DNA from: Phycisphaerales bacterium
GTDB taxonomy: Bacteria; Planctomycetota; Phycisphaerae; Phycisphaerales; UBA1924
Assembly (NCBI GenBank): GCA_965227775.1
Contig: OZ245777.1
Span: forward strand, 864,001-928,000
Reading direction: 5' to 3'
Length of the DNA stretch: 64,000 nucleotides
The notes beneath the pieces were generated by a model that made no database searches, was not told the origin of the DNA, and worked only from the letters and a program-made list of their open reading frames with translations. Numbering within the stretch: the stretch's first letter is position 1; each line of letters opens with the position of its first letter. Shown in pieces: positions 20,708 to 30,900 of this stretch. A program made the translations under genes and the position numbers.

Positions 20708-22459
20708 ATGGCAGACGGCATGACGAAACAACCCGCCCGCCGCACCGCCCGGGCGACAGACGATCTCGAACTTTCGATTACCGACTTCCTGAGCGACGGC
20801 GGCTTCGTGCAGCTGTGCGCGACGCTGTCGATGCTGCTCGATGCGCCCGTCCGCCTGCTCGACGCCGAGGGCCGCGAGATCTTGCCCGGCGACGACGCTT
20901 CGGCCACGTGGCGGCTGGCCGACACCAGCCCCGACCCGGCGGCCCTAGCGGCCGAGCGCGCCTTTACCGTGCCCATGCGAGCGCACGGACGCGTCATTGG
21001 TTGGGTGCACGTGGGCAAGGGGCCGTCGACCGAGGGGCCGCTGGCACCTGCGATCGAGCAGGCGGTGGCGCTGGTGGTCGACGTGGCCGACCAGGTGTGC
21101 GATCGTGAGCTCGAGCTTCGTGCAAGGCTTCGCGAGCTGAGCGCGACGCAGCGTCTGAGTGCGCTCTTGGCGGCGGCGCAGAGCGAGGACGAGGTCCTGG
21201 GCATCGCGCTGGACAGCGCGATCGAGCTGCTTGGCTTGTGGGCGGGTTCGCTCGTGTTGTTTGTCGATGCGGGCGACAAGGGTCTGGCGCCAGAAGAACG
21301 CGATGTCGAACATCGCGTCAGCCGGAACCTGAGCGAGAGCTGGCTGGCCAATCCGCTGCCACTTTCGGCCAATCGTGAGTTTGACCGGCGGGCGCTCGCG
21401 GGCGAGATCGTGTCGGTACCCGACCTGCTGCGTGATTCGCGTGTGCAGCTCAAGGATCGGACCAAGGCCGAGGGGCTCGCGAGTGCGCTGCATGCTGGGA
21501 TGATCTTCCACGACAAGCCGCTAGGCGTGATCCGGCTGTATGGGTCTCGCGTGCGTGAATTTACGCCTGCCGAGCACCGCGTGCTGCGAACCATCGCGCA
21601 TCAGGCGGCGGTGGCGATCGGCCAGGCCCGCTTGCTGCGGCTGCAACGCGAAGAGCGGCGGCTGCAACGCCAGATGCGCCTGGCGAGCGATGTGCAGCGG
21701 CGCATGCTTCCCAAGAGCCCGCCCACAAGCGATCGGCTGGACCTGGGTGCGAGTTGGGAGCCGAGCCTCGAGCTCAGCGGCGACTTCTTCGACTTTATCG
21801 AGCTGGACGTCGACACGCGCGAACCGGGTGAGCGACGCATCGGCATCGTGGTGGGCGACGTGGTGGGCAAGGGCGTGGCGGCGGCGCTGCTGATGAGCCA
21901 CGTGCGCGCGAGCCTGCTCGCGCACGTTTCGCGCGATCCATCGCCCGGCGCCGTGCTTGCGGCGGTGAACAACGACCTGTGCCGAGATTCGCTGCCCAAC
22001 GAGTTCGTAACGCTGTGGTACGCGGTGATCGATCCGGTGAACCTCGAGCTGGTGTATGCGAGCGCGGGGCACGACCCCCCGTTGCTGCTACGTCCCGTCG
22101 TCGACGGCGTGCCTCCGGACAGCTCCGAGATTGCCGGTGCTGATGCGCGTGCGATGCGCAGCAGCGGCATGCTCGCGGGCGTGCTGCCCAACCAGACGTT
22201 TGGTGAGGAGCGTTTCCCGCTGTTCGCCGGCGACACGCTCGTGATGTTTACCGACGGCATGACCGATGCTCGCAACTTTGAGGGCGAGCGGTATGGGCGG
22301 CCCCGGCTGACGCGCTCGGTGCATGAGACGGTCAGCCGCAACCCGGACGTGACGGCGGCCTCGCTGGTGAAGGAAATTGTGTGGTGCGTGCGCCGGTTTG
22401 CGGGCCTGGCGCACATGACCGACGATCAGACGATCGTGGCGCTGCGGGTGCGGCCGTGA
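20708..22459 (+). CDS. SpoIIE/RsbU-like PP2C phosphatase with GAF (and PocR-like) input domains
   Basis: GAF segment (PLGVIRLY...FTPAEHRVL), SGDFFD, GDVVGKG, SAGH, FTDG and DDQT PP2C motifs; alternative start 20663. Confidence 0.9.
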   Translation: MADGMTKQPARRTARATDDLELSITDFLSDGGFVQLCATLSMLLDAPVRLLDAEGREILPGDDASATWRLADTSPDPAALAAERAFTVPMRAHGRVIGWVHVGKGPSTEGPLAPAIEQAVALVVDVADQVCDRELELRARLRELSATQRLSALLAAAQSEDEVLGIALDSAIELLGLWAGSLVLFVDAGDKGLAPEERDVEHRVSRNLSESWLANPLPLSANREFDRRALAGEIVSVPDLLRDSRVQLKDRTKAEGLASALHAGMIFHDKPLGVIRLYGSRVREFTPAEHRVLRTIAHQAAVAIGQARLLRLQREERRLQRQMRLASDVQRRMLPKSPPTSDRLDLGASWEPSLELSGDFFDFIELDVDTREPGERRIGIVVGDVVGKGVAAALLMSHVRASLLAHVSRDPSPGAVLAAVNNDLCRDSLPNEFVTLWYAVIDPVNLELVYASAGHDPPLLLRPVVDGVPPDSSEIAGADARAMRSSGMLAGVLPNQTFGEERFPLFAGDTLVMFTDGMTDARNFEGERYGRPRLTRSVHETVSRNPDVTAASLVKEIVWCVRRFAGLAHMTDDQTIVALRVRP

Positions 22460-23343
22460 AGGCAGTTGGGTTGGTGCTGACGCTGTGCCTGATGATGCTG
22501 GGCGGCTGTACCATCACTGGCCTTGAAGAGACCGCGACGCGACAGAAGTGGCCGGCGGACGCAGAAGCAATGTTCGGCTGCACGCCGGTGATCGTCGACT
22601 TCTTCGGCGGGAAAGTGCGCGGCAGCGGGTCGGGTGTGTTCGTCTCGGATCGCTGGCTGCTGACTGCGGCGCACGTGGTGCCCGACGATGCGCAGTACGC
22701 ATCGATCGCTTCGGCCGAGGACCACTCTCATCGGGGCGTGGTTATGCCCGTCGAGGTCGTCATCACGGGCGGCGGCGACCCCGTCCAGGCCGGAGACTGG
22801 GCGCTCGTGCGATTCCCCCGGCACGTCGGCTCGCTCGGTTCGCGTCCGGCTCGATTGCTCGACGAGGGGTTCAACGACGCGAGCGCCGTGCTTGTTGGCT
22901 TCCCCACGCGTGAGCAGGACGGGTCGAGCCCGTTCACACCGCGCGAGTTGCTCGTGCTGCAGAGCGACGCGCCGGTGCTGACCGAGCCTTTGTTGCTCGA
23001 GAACGAGGCGCAGCTCGGCACATCGCTGCGGTACTTTCGCATGGCGCCGGGGTGGGCGCGACTCGGCGGGGCTTCGGGCGGGCCCGTGGTGGCCTACGAC
23101 GATGCGGGCCGGCCGGGTGTGGTTGGCATCCTGCTCGGCCGCGTCGAGTACCGGGGGTTCTGGCGTCGCGGGCGGGCCATCGTGGCGCACGAGGTTCCGC
23201 CGCAGGCCTTCCTGGCGGCGAGCGGGGCGCTCGACACGCTGCCCGATCGTACCGATCGCGACGCGATGCTCGTGCAGGGCGGGGCTACGCTGAGCGGCGA
23301 TGGCGACCGTGTTCCTCAACGGAAGGCTGCTTCGGGACGATGA
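22456..23343 (+). CDS. Trypsin-like (S1) serine protease, probable lipoprotein
   Basis: GTGA overlap; lipobox LGGC; catalytic motifs LTAAH, DWAL and GASGGP. Confidence 0.85.
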   Translation: MKAVGLVLTLCLMMLGGCTITGLEETATRQKWPADAEAMFGCTPVIVDFFGGKVRGSGSGVFVSDRWLLTAAHVVPDDAQYASIASAEDHSHRGVVMPVEVVITGGGDPVQAGDWALVRFPRHVGSLGSRPARLLDEGFNDASAVLVGFPTREQDGSSPFTPRELLVLQSDAPVLTEPLLLENEAQLGTSLRYFRMAPGWARLGGASGGPVVAYDDAGRPGVVGILLGRVEYRGFWRRGRAIVAHEVPPQAFLAASGALDTLPDRTDRDAMLVQGGATLSGDGDRVPQRKAASGR

Positions 23344-24238
23344 CCCCGCCGCGAGCGTTTCGCTCTCGGACGCCGGGTTCATGCACGCCGTCGGTCTCTT
23401 TGAAACGATGACGGCGCGCCGCGTCGATGCCGAGGTGCGCGTCATTCGTGTTGACGAGCACGTGGGTCGGCTCGTGGATTCGGCCAAGACGTTGGGCTTG
23501 GCGTCGTCGCTCCGTGGCGGGCCGCTCGCCGAAGCGGTCGAGCACACGGCGCAGGCGTACTTCGAGCAGCACGAGGGCGAAGCGGCGCGCATCCGCCTGA
23601 CCGTAACCGGTGGCGACCTGAACCTGGTGCGGCGCGAGGCCGAGCGTGTGGGGGCGGGTGTGCAGACGCCGACGGTGGCGATTGTGGCTCAGCCGGCCAC
23701 GGTGTATCCGCCCGCGCTCTACGAGCAGGGCGGCATGATGGTGGTCGCCGATGCGAAGGCGAACCCATTCGATCCGACGGCCGGCCATAAGACGGTGAAC
23801 TACTGGTGGCGGTTGCGAGAGCTGCAGGGTGCGCTGGCCAAGGGTGGCACGGAGGCCCTGATCTTCACCGTCACCAACCACGTTTGTGGCGGCAGCGTGA
23901 GCAACGTGTTTGCGGCGAAGGAAGGGTCGCTGATGACGCCCATCGCGCGCGGCGAAGAGGCGGATGTCGCGGGCCAGGGCGGCGCGATGCCGAGCGCCGT
24001 GCTGCCGGGCGTGACCAGGGCGGCCGTGATCGAGCTGGCCGAGGAGCGCGGCATGACCGTCGATCGACGTATGCTGACGATTGGCGACCTGCTCGACGCC
24101 GACGAGGTGTTCTGCACCAATGCGAGCTTTGGCATGCTTGCGATGACACGCATCGAGGGGCGCGAGATCGCCGATGGCGCTGTTGGGCCGGTCAGCACGT
24201 CCTTGCGTGAGGCCCTGCTCGAACGCGACGGCGGTTGA
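23300..24238 (+). CDS. Aminotransferase class IV (IlvE/PabC-like)
   Basis: GLFETM, EHVGRL, HKTVNY, LPGVTR and ADEVFCTNA motifs. Confidence 0.9.
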   Translation: MATVFLNGRLLRDDDPAASVSLSDAGFMHAVGLFETMTARRVDAEVRVIRVDEHVGRLVDSAKTLGLASSLRGGPLAEAVEHTAQAYFEQHEGEAARIRLTVTGGDLNLVRREAERVGAGVQTPTVAIVAQPATVYPPALYEQGGMMVVADAKANPFDPTAGHKTVNYWWRLRELQGALAKGGTEALIFTVTNHVCGGSVSNVFAAKEGSLMTPIARGEEADVAGQGGAMPSAVLPGVTRAAVIELAEERGMTVDRRMLTIGDLLDADEVFCTNASFGMLAMTRIEGREIADGAVGPVSTSLREALLERDGG

Positions 24239-24241
24239 GGC

Positions 24242-24547
24242 TTACGCGTCAGCGTCGTGCGTGGGCCGGCGGACGCGGACGTTCTCGCGGCCCGCGTCTT
24301 GGCTACCGGGCTGTTCCATGGCGCGGAGTGCCTTGCGGATGCGGTGGCGGATAACCAGCCATCCGACGATGCCGGCGATCAGGGCGAAGGGAAGCAGCAC
24401 CAGCCCCAGGGCGATGATGCCCGCCAGCACCACCGCGCCGACGACCACGAGCACGCCCATCATGAGCGCGACCTTGAGCCGCGTCATCGGGCCGGGAGCG
24501 GGTGCCTCGCCGCCGCCGAGGGTGTAGGTGTACGTGCGCGTTGCCAC
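24242..24547 (-). CDS. Small membrane protein
   Basis: GTG start with TATCCT -10 box 6 nt upstream; long hydrophobic hairpin and a GRENVRV tail. Confidence 0.65.
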   Translation of the reverse strand: MATRTYTYTLGGGEAPAPGPMTRLKVALMMGVLVVVGAVVLAGIIALGLVLLPFALIAGIVGWLVIRHRIRKALRAMEQPGSQDAGRENVRVRRPTHDADA

Positions 24548-24573
24548 CGAGTGAGGATAGGTGATCCTGCAAC

Positions 24574-24600
24574 AAAAACACACCCGCCGGGGTCGGCGGG
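24574..24600 (-). terminator. Probable intrinsic terminator after VPLP-CTERM gene 1
   Basis: CCCGCCG-N4-CGGCGGG hairpin with an A-tract on its left (U-tract on the minus strand). Confidence 0.6.
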
Positions 24601-24685
24601 CGGTGGTGTGACGCGGTGGAGCGGTGTCCGGGCCGCGGGAGATGGAGCCGATGCGGAATCGGCGTGGTGGCTCGGCTTGCCCGGA

Positions 24686-25387
24686 TCAGCCGCGGCGGCG
24701 GCGACCGACGAACCCGGCCCCAGCCAGGCCGATTGCGGCCATAGCGCCCGTGGTGGGCAGGGGGACGACGACCTCGAACATCTGGTCCTGGGCACCGTCG
24801 TTGGTCAGGGCCATGACGCGGTTGCTGATGCGCACGTCGTCGTCGACGGCCACGTCCAGCAGCATGTCGAGGAACGTGGTCGTGCCGCTATTGAGGTTCC
24901 AGGCGCGGAAGTCGCCGCTGGACACGCTCAGGGCGGTGCCCTCGGTTTCCATGTCGCTGACCACTTCCCAGACGGCAATCTGGAATGCGGCGGCGAAGTT
25001 ACGGCTCGTGCCATACTGCTGGCCGTCGGCAAAGCTGTACAGGCGACCGATCGCGTCAGCCTTGTGCTGGTCCATGCCCGCGTTGCCCTGCGAGACCGGT
25101 GCGTCGGTGAGCTCGCTCACGTCGTAAACCCGGCTCTGGGAACTCACGAACTCGGTGACGTCGACGCAGAAGGTCGTCAGGCGGCCGATGGCGGGGCCTT
25201 GCGACCCGCTCCGCGCGGTCACTTCGTGGACGAGCTGGCCCGCGTGCACCGTGTAGCGGTTGCCGTCCACGCGGATGGTGGCGTTGCGGCCCTGGCCGGT
25301 ACCGACGTAGTTCATGGTGACGGTGTCGGCAGCCGCGATCGAGGCGGTCGCGACGACGGCGGCGGTAGCGAACATTGCAGCCTTCAT
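24686..25387 (-). CDS. VPLP-CTERM (PEP-CTERM-like) surface protein 1, putative thioester domain
   Basis: Signal peptide; TFCVD, FQIAVW, AQDQM; C-terminal VVPLP + TM + RRRR. Confidence 0.88.
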   Translation of the reverse strand: MKAAMFATAAVVATASIAAADTVTMNYVGTGQGRNATIRVDGNRYTVHAGQLVHEVTARSGSQGPAIGRLTTFCVDVTEFVSSQSRVYDVSELTDAPVSQGNAGMDQHKADAIGRLYSFADGQQYGTSRNFAAAFQIAVWEVVSDMETEGTALSVSSGDFRAWNLNSGTTTFLDMLLDVAVDDDVRISNRVMALTNDGAQDQMFEVVVPLPTTGAMAAIGLAGAGFVGRRRRG

Positions 25388-25646
25388 GGCTCTCTCCCTC
25401 TCTTGGATCTGGTCCGAGTCCTCCGCCCAGCCGCCCACGCGGTGTGGTGCGGCCGGGCGGCGCCGGATCGAGGCCACGCGGGACGGCTCTCCCCCTTCCG
25501 CCACGCGCAGCGACGATCCACGGACACCATACACGCTGGAGGCCGACCGACAAGGGCTAAGTACTGTTATATCATTGGGTTATAACGACTGAGAGCTTAT
25601 CGGTCAAATCTGCAAGGCATGTGGAGTCCACGCTCTGACAGCGCAC

Positions 25647-25673
25647 AAAAAAGGGCCGCCACACGGCGGCCCT
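25647..25673 (-). terminator. Intrinsic terminator after VPLP-CTERM gene 2
   Basis: AGGGCCGCC-ACAC-GGCGGCCCT hairpin with an A6 tract. Confidence 0.85.
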
Positions 25674-25720
25674 AGAAGAAAAGAGATTCGGATCAGATGA
25701 TCCGGAGGGAACTGAGTTGA

Positions 25721-26410
25721 TCAGATGCGACGCCGACGGCGAATGGCCGCGACACCCACCAGACCCGCGGCGGCCAGAGCGGCCGAGCCGGGGAGGGGGA
25801 TGACGACCCAGTACATCTGGTCCTGACCAGCCACCGAGTCCAACCCCTTGATGATGATGTTGGGATTGATGGTGCCGCTCGTGGCAGCGGTGTAGAGGTT
25901 CGACATCATGGTGCCGTCGACAGAGCCGCCGCTGATGATGCTGAACGTACCTGAGGTCTCGTCCAGACCGGCACCGTCAAGGTCGCTGATCACTTCCCAG
26001 ACCGCGATCTGGAAGGTGAAGGCGGTGTCGGCATCGGTGAAGTCAAAATTATTCGCGATGGCATAGGACAGCATCTTGGCCAAAGCGTCCTGTTCCGTAG
26101 TGGTCAGGGTCGGATTCACAGTGGCCAACGTCTCGATGTCATAGACATCAGGATCGTCGAGGATGCCGTTGATGTCGATGCAGAACGTACGGATGAACTC
26201 GCCGTTGGTGAACATGCCACCAGACGACGACGCGTCCGTCACCTGGAACCGCATGTATCCGGCGTTCACGGTGATGTTTGGACCAAACGGGCGGTTAACC
26301 GTGACTTGCTTTCCAGCCCCGGCCTGTCCCTTGTAATCCAGCGTGACGCTATCGGCCAGCGCCGTTGATGCCCCGGCCGCGAGGGCCAAAGCAACGATCA
26401 TCTTCTTCAT
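25721..26410 (-). CDS. VPLP-CTERM surface protein 2, putative thioester domain
   Basis: Signal peptide; TFCID, FQIAVW, GQDQM; VIPLP + TM + RRRRR; SD AGGAG; visibly lower GC. Confidence 0.88.
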   Translation of the reverse strand: MKKMIVALALAAGASTALADSVTLDYKGQAGAGKQVTVNRPFGPNITVNAGYMRFQVTDASSSGGMFTNGEFIRTFCIDINGILDDPDVYDIETLATVNPTLTTTEQDALAKMLSYAIANNFDFTDADTAFTFQIAVWEVISDLDGAGLDETSGTFSIISGGSVDGTMMSNLYTAATSGTINPNIIIKGLDSVAGQDQMYWVVIPLPGSAALAAAGLVGVAAIRRRRRI

Positions 26411-26829
26411 TTCTCCTGCTCCTATCTGAGTTTGCGCAAACTACAGCACGCGGCGCCAACATGGCACTTACCGCGTTAGGGTCAAATTTGGGCGTGCGAG
26501 CGGCTGGGATCGCTCCCAACCTGGATTCGGATTCGCTTGGGCCCGAGATCAGAGTGGCTCGGGCCTCACATTCGTCTCTTTCACCTGCACCCACACAGCC
26601 GCATCTCGTAAAGGCTACAGAACGCTGGGAGCCCCTATGGGATACGGCTTTCTCCTTGAGCGTTATACGTCAAGGGAAGTCACTAGGAAACCCCAAAAAA
26701 ACCCATTTGTGAAAACTTTCTGCGTCCGGGTTCATGTTGGGCAATCTGCAGAGGTTCGGGGGCACGGCTTCACAGTACTTTTACGGTCTTTCGGGACGTA
26801 CGCCTCTTCCAGTGATCGGCGCGCGGACA

Positions 26830-26854
26830 AACAGCCGCCACGAGGGCGGCTGTT
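26830..26854 (-). terminator. Probable terminator after VPLP-CTERM gene 3
   Basis: AACAGCCGCC-ACGAG-GGCGGCTGTT 10-bp hairpin. Confidence 0.7.
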
Positions 26855-26883
26855 CGTGAAGAACTCGAGAATGGGTGGTCAGG

Positions 26884-27591
26884 TCACGACTTGCGGCGAC
26901 GGCCGACGAGCCCAACACCAGCGAGGCCGACCGCTGCGAGACCGGCAGCGCCGGGCAGCGGGATGACGACCTGGTAGATCTGGTCCTGCAGGCCGCGGTT
27001 GGTGAGCGCACCAACGTTGGCTTCGCTGATGCTCAGATCGGCAGCGGCACCGAACAAGTCATCGACGATGTCCGACACGCTCGTGCTGACCGCGCTAGTG
27101 ACCTCGAAGTCGCCATCGCCGAGGTCAAGCGTCGTACCGAAATCGGCGATGACTTCCCAGACCGCGAGCTGGAACGCGGCGGCGTAGTCGCTCGAAGCGC
27201 CAAACTGCTGGCCCGCGGCGAACGTGTACATGCGAGCGATCGCGTCCGCCTTTGCAGAGCCCATGGCCGGGTCGCCCGCGTTGGTCACGGGGGCGTCGGC
27301 CAGGTCATTCAGGTCATAGGTCTGCGCGCCACTGGCGAAGGGAGCAAGGGGCTCCAGGACGTCGATGCAGAACGAACGGAGGGTGCCGTTGAGCGAGGCG
27401 CCCGCCCCGGTCCCGTCCGAAGCCAGGAAGTTCAGCTGGCCGGCGAACACATCGGAATTCGAACCGCCAGCATTGATGCTGTACGACTGACCCGCGCCGG
27501 GCCCGGTGTACCGGAGGTCCACAGTGTCGGCGGCGGCCAAGCCGGCCACGCCGAGCACAACGGCTGCGGTGGTGATGGAACGCATCTTCAT
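26884..27591 (-). CDS. VPLP-CTERM surface protein 3, putative thioester domain
   Basis: Signal peptide; SFCID, FQLAVW, LQDQI; VIPLP + TM + RRRK. Confidence 0.88.
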   Translation of the reverse strand: MKMRSITTAAVVLGVAGLAAADTVDLRYTGPGAGQSYSINAGGSNSDVFAGQLNFLASDGTGAGASLNGTLRSFCIDVLEPLAPFASGAQTYDLNDLADAPVTNAGDPAMGSAKADAIARMYTFAAGQQFGASSDYAAAFQLAVWEVIADFGTTLDLGDGDFEVTSAVSTSVSDIVDDLFGAAADLSISEANVGALTNRGLQDQIYQVVIPLPGAAGLAAVGLAGVGLVGRRRKS

Positions 27592-27983
27592 ATCTCCCAA
27601 TCCTCTCTATAGAACGCAGTGCTATCGATCGATGGCTGGGACGATGCCGATCGCGGGCCAAACAGATTGACCCCGCGAACCTCCTGACGTCCCCGGATTT
27701 TGTGCTTGATGCATCCCTGCTTCAAAACAACTTACAGCAGTCCGGGCCAAGATCTTGGCCTGGACAATGATCCGCATAAAAGGTGTCCAGGGATGAACTT
27801 GCGGCAAGAAAACTTGCCTAGAAAACACGCACAATCGCTACATAAGTCGATATAGGACCATGTGAGAAGCAGTTATCAGACTGCGGCATTGGCGATAACC
27901 ACGGGTGCGTACGAGGTCGCCCGCGCTGTCGCTGAGCACCTACCGTCGTGATCGCCGCGCAGGATCACGGAGGATCGGTCGCC

Positions 27984-30900
27984 ATGGCACTTTCAGATAC
28001 CAAACAAGACGAGGGCGCGACGCTTGCCGACCAGCTACTCGGCCAGCTCGGCACGGGCTTCGCCCATCTCCATCTGCATACCGAGTACTCGCTGCTGGAT
28101 GGCGGCAACCGCATCGATCGCCTGGCCGACCGGATCAAGGACCTTGGCACGCCTGCGGTTGCCGTGTCGGACCACGGCAACATGTTCGGTGCCGTGGCCT
28201 TTTACGAGGCCTGCCGCAAGCGCGGTATCCGGCCGATCCTGGGCGTCGAGGCGTACGTGTGCCCGCCGGGCCGGCCGCGTCAGGACCGGACCTATACGGG
28301 CGTGAGCGACGGCGGGTACCACCTCGTGCTGCTGGCCGAGAACATCACGGGCTGGGACAACCTGATGCTGCTCTGCAGCCAGGCGTACCTGACGGGCTTC
28401 TACTTCAAGCCGCGCATCGATCGCGATCTGCTCGAGGCGCACAGCAGCGGCCTCATCGCCATCAACGGACACCTGGGCAGCGAGCTTGGCGACCATCTCC
28501 TCGCATTCGTGCGCAACAAGAGCGAAACCTCGTGGGAGGCCGCCGAAGAGAGCATCGAGTGGCACAAGCGAGTGTTCGCGGACGAAGGCACGGGTCCGCG
28601 GTTCTACTGCGAGATGCAGCACCACGTGCCCGAGCAGGTCTCGATCAACCCGCATGTGATCGAATTGGCCAAGAAGCACGGCGTGCCACTCGTCTGCGAC
28701 AACGATTCGCACTTCCTGCGCGCCGAGGACCATGACGCGCACGACACGCTCATCTGCATCTCGATGGGCAAAAACAAGCACGATCAGGAGCGACTGCGCT
28801 ACACGCCCGAGCTCTACGTCAAGACGCCCGAGCAGATGCGCGAGCTGTTCGAGGGTGAGTACGGCCAAGACGGCGTCGAGGCGTGCGACAACACGCTTCG
28901 CATCGCGGCGCGGTGTGATGTCGAGCTGCCGATCGGTGCGAATCACGCGCCCGTTGTTGTCGTCCGCACACCCGACGAACTGCCCGACAGCCAGGACGCC
29001 GGTTACAACGGCGACCTCACCGCTTGGTACAAGGACTACTGCTCCCGCTTCGAGCTCGAGCCGGCGGCCGACGCGGGGCTCGATCACGATGAGCTGAACG
29101 CGCAGTGCGATGAAGCTCTGCGTTCGTTGGCCGAGGGCGGCATGGTGTGGCGCTACGGGCCGCAGATTATGGCCCACAAGCACAAGTACGCTGAGGGCCA
29201 GCCGAAGACTGAGGCAGCGCGCGCGAAAGCGAAGGACACGGACGGCTTCGACAAGTGGGCGCGGCTGAATCGCGAGCTGAAAATCCTGGCCGACAAGAGC
29301 ATCAGCGCGTACTTCCTGATCGTGTGGGACTTCGTGAACTGGGGCCGCGCGAAGGGCATCCCGGCACTCGCGCGTGGCTCGGGTGTGGGCACCATGGTGG
29401 GCTACGTGCTGGGCTTGTCCAACGCCTGCCCTGTGAAGTACGGCCTGCTTTTCGAGCGATTCACCGATCCGGATCGCAGCGAGTATCCCGACATCGATAT
29501 CGACCTGTGCCAGGACGGGCGCGGGGACGTTATTCGCTATGTGCGTGAGAAGTACGGGCACGTCGCGCAGATCATCACATTCGGAACGCTCAAGGCGCGA
29601 GCGGCGGTGCGCGACGTGGCGCGCGTGCTCGCGGTGAGCCTGCCAGCGGCGGATCGGCTTGCCAAGGCCATCCCCGATCAGCTCGGCATGACGCTGGACA
29701 AGGCCGAGGCGGAGGATCCCGAGTGGGCCGACATCGCCGCCGGCAAGCCCGCGGCGCTGGCGAAGATCAACGACAAGCTGCCGCCCGAGCAGCACGCCGA
29801 CAAGGAGACCATCCAACGCCTCATCGCAAACGCGAAGGTGATGGAGGGCCAGGCCCGCCACGCCAGCGTGCACGCGGCGGGCGTGATCGTCGCGACGCGG
29901 CCGCTGCACGAGCTCGTGCCGCTTTACAAACAGAGCGGCGGCGGCGAGGACGAGGCCATCACGCAGTGGGACGGCCCAACGTGCGAGAAGATGGGCCTGC
30001 TGAAGATGGACTTTCTCGGCCTGCGCACGCTGAGTGTCATCGAGCGCGCACGTGCGCTCATCACCAGCGCGATGGACGATGAGGCGATCTACAGGGCTGT
30101 CGGGCGCGAAAAGGGAGACGGTGGGCCGCACCCGCTCGATCTCGATCGCCTGACGTACGACAACCCGACCGTGTTCGAGATGTTCTCACGCGGCGACACG
30201 ACCGGCGTGTTCCAGTTCGAATCGGGCGGCATGCGCCGCTTGCTCATGGAGATGAAGCCCGACCGGCTCGAGGACCTCATCGCCGCCAACGCGCTCTTCA
30301 GGCCCGGGCCGATGGACCTGATCCCCGCGTACAACAAGCGCAAGCACGGCATGGAGCCCGTGCCGACGGTGCACGAGATCGTCGACCGTTTCACGGCCGA
30401 GACGTACGGCGTGATGGTGTACCAGGAACAGGTCATGCAGATCGTCCACGAGCTGGGCGGCATCCCCTTGCGCGCCGCGTACTCGCTCATCAAGGCGATC
30501 AGCAAGAAGAAGGCCAAGATCATCAACGCCGAGCGACCCAAGTTCGTCGACGGCGCGGCCAAGCAGGGCCTGACGCGCGAGAAGGCCGAGGAACTGTTCG
30601 AGCTCATCCTGAAGTTTGCCGGGTACGGCTTCAACAAGAGCCACTCGACCGGATACGCGATCGTGGCATACCAGACGGCGTACCTGAAGACATACTTCCC
30701 GGCGCCGTACATGGCGGCGTTCCTGAGCTTCGAGAGCCAGGCACAGAAGGTCGCCGACTGGCTTCCGTACCTCGAGGATTGCAAGCGCACGCGCGTGATC
30801 GACCCCAAGACGGGCGAGGTGCTGCGCACGGGCATCGAGGTCGCCCCGCCCGACGTGAACCTATCGGGCCAGGACTTCGAGGTCGTGTATCGCGACGACG

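Noticed and set aside
26445..26460. Sigma-54 promoter upstream of VPLP gene 2
   Set aside because: GG-to-GC spacing is 8 nt rather than the required 10.
28035..30131. Long antisense or alternate-frame ORFs (also 3534-5336, 39250-40665, 41548-43029 and others)
   Set aside because: Stop-poor shadow frames typical of high-GC DNA, overlapping well-supported genes.
30610..30660. Possible intein or split in dnaE
   Set aside because: KFAGYGFNKSH is uninterrupted and no intein terminal motifs are seen.
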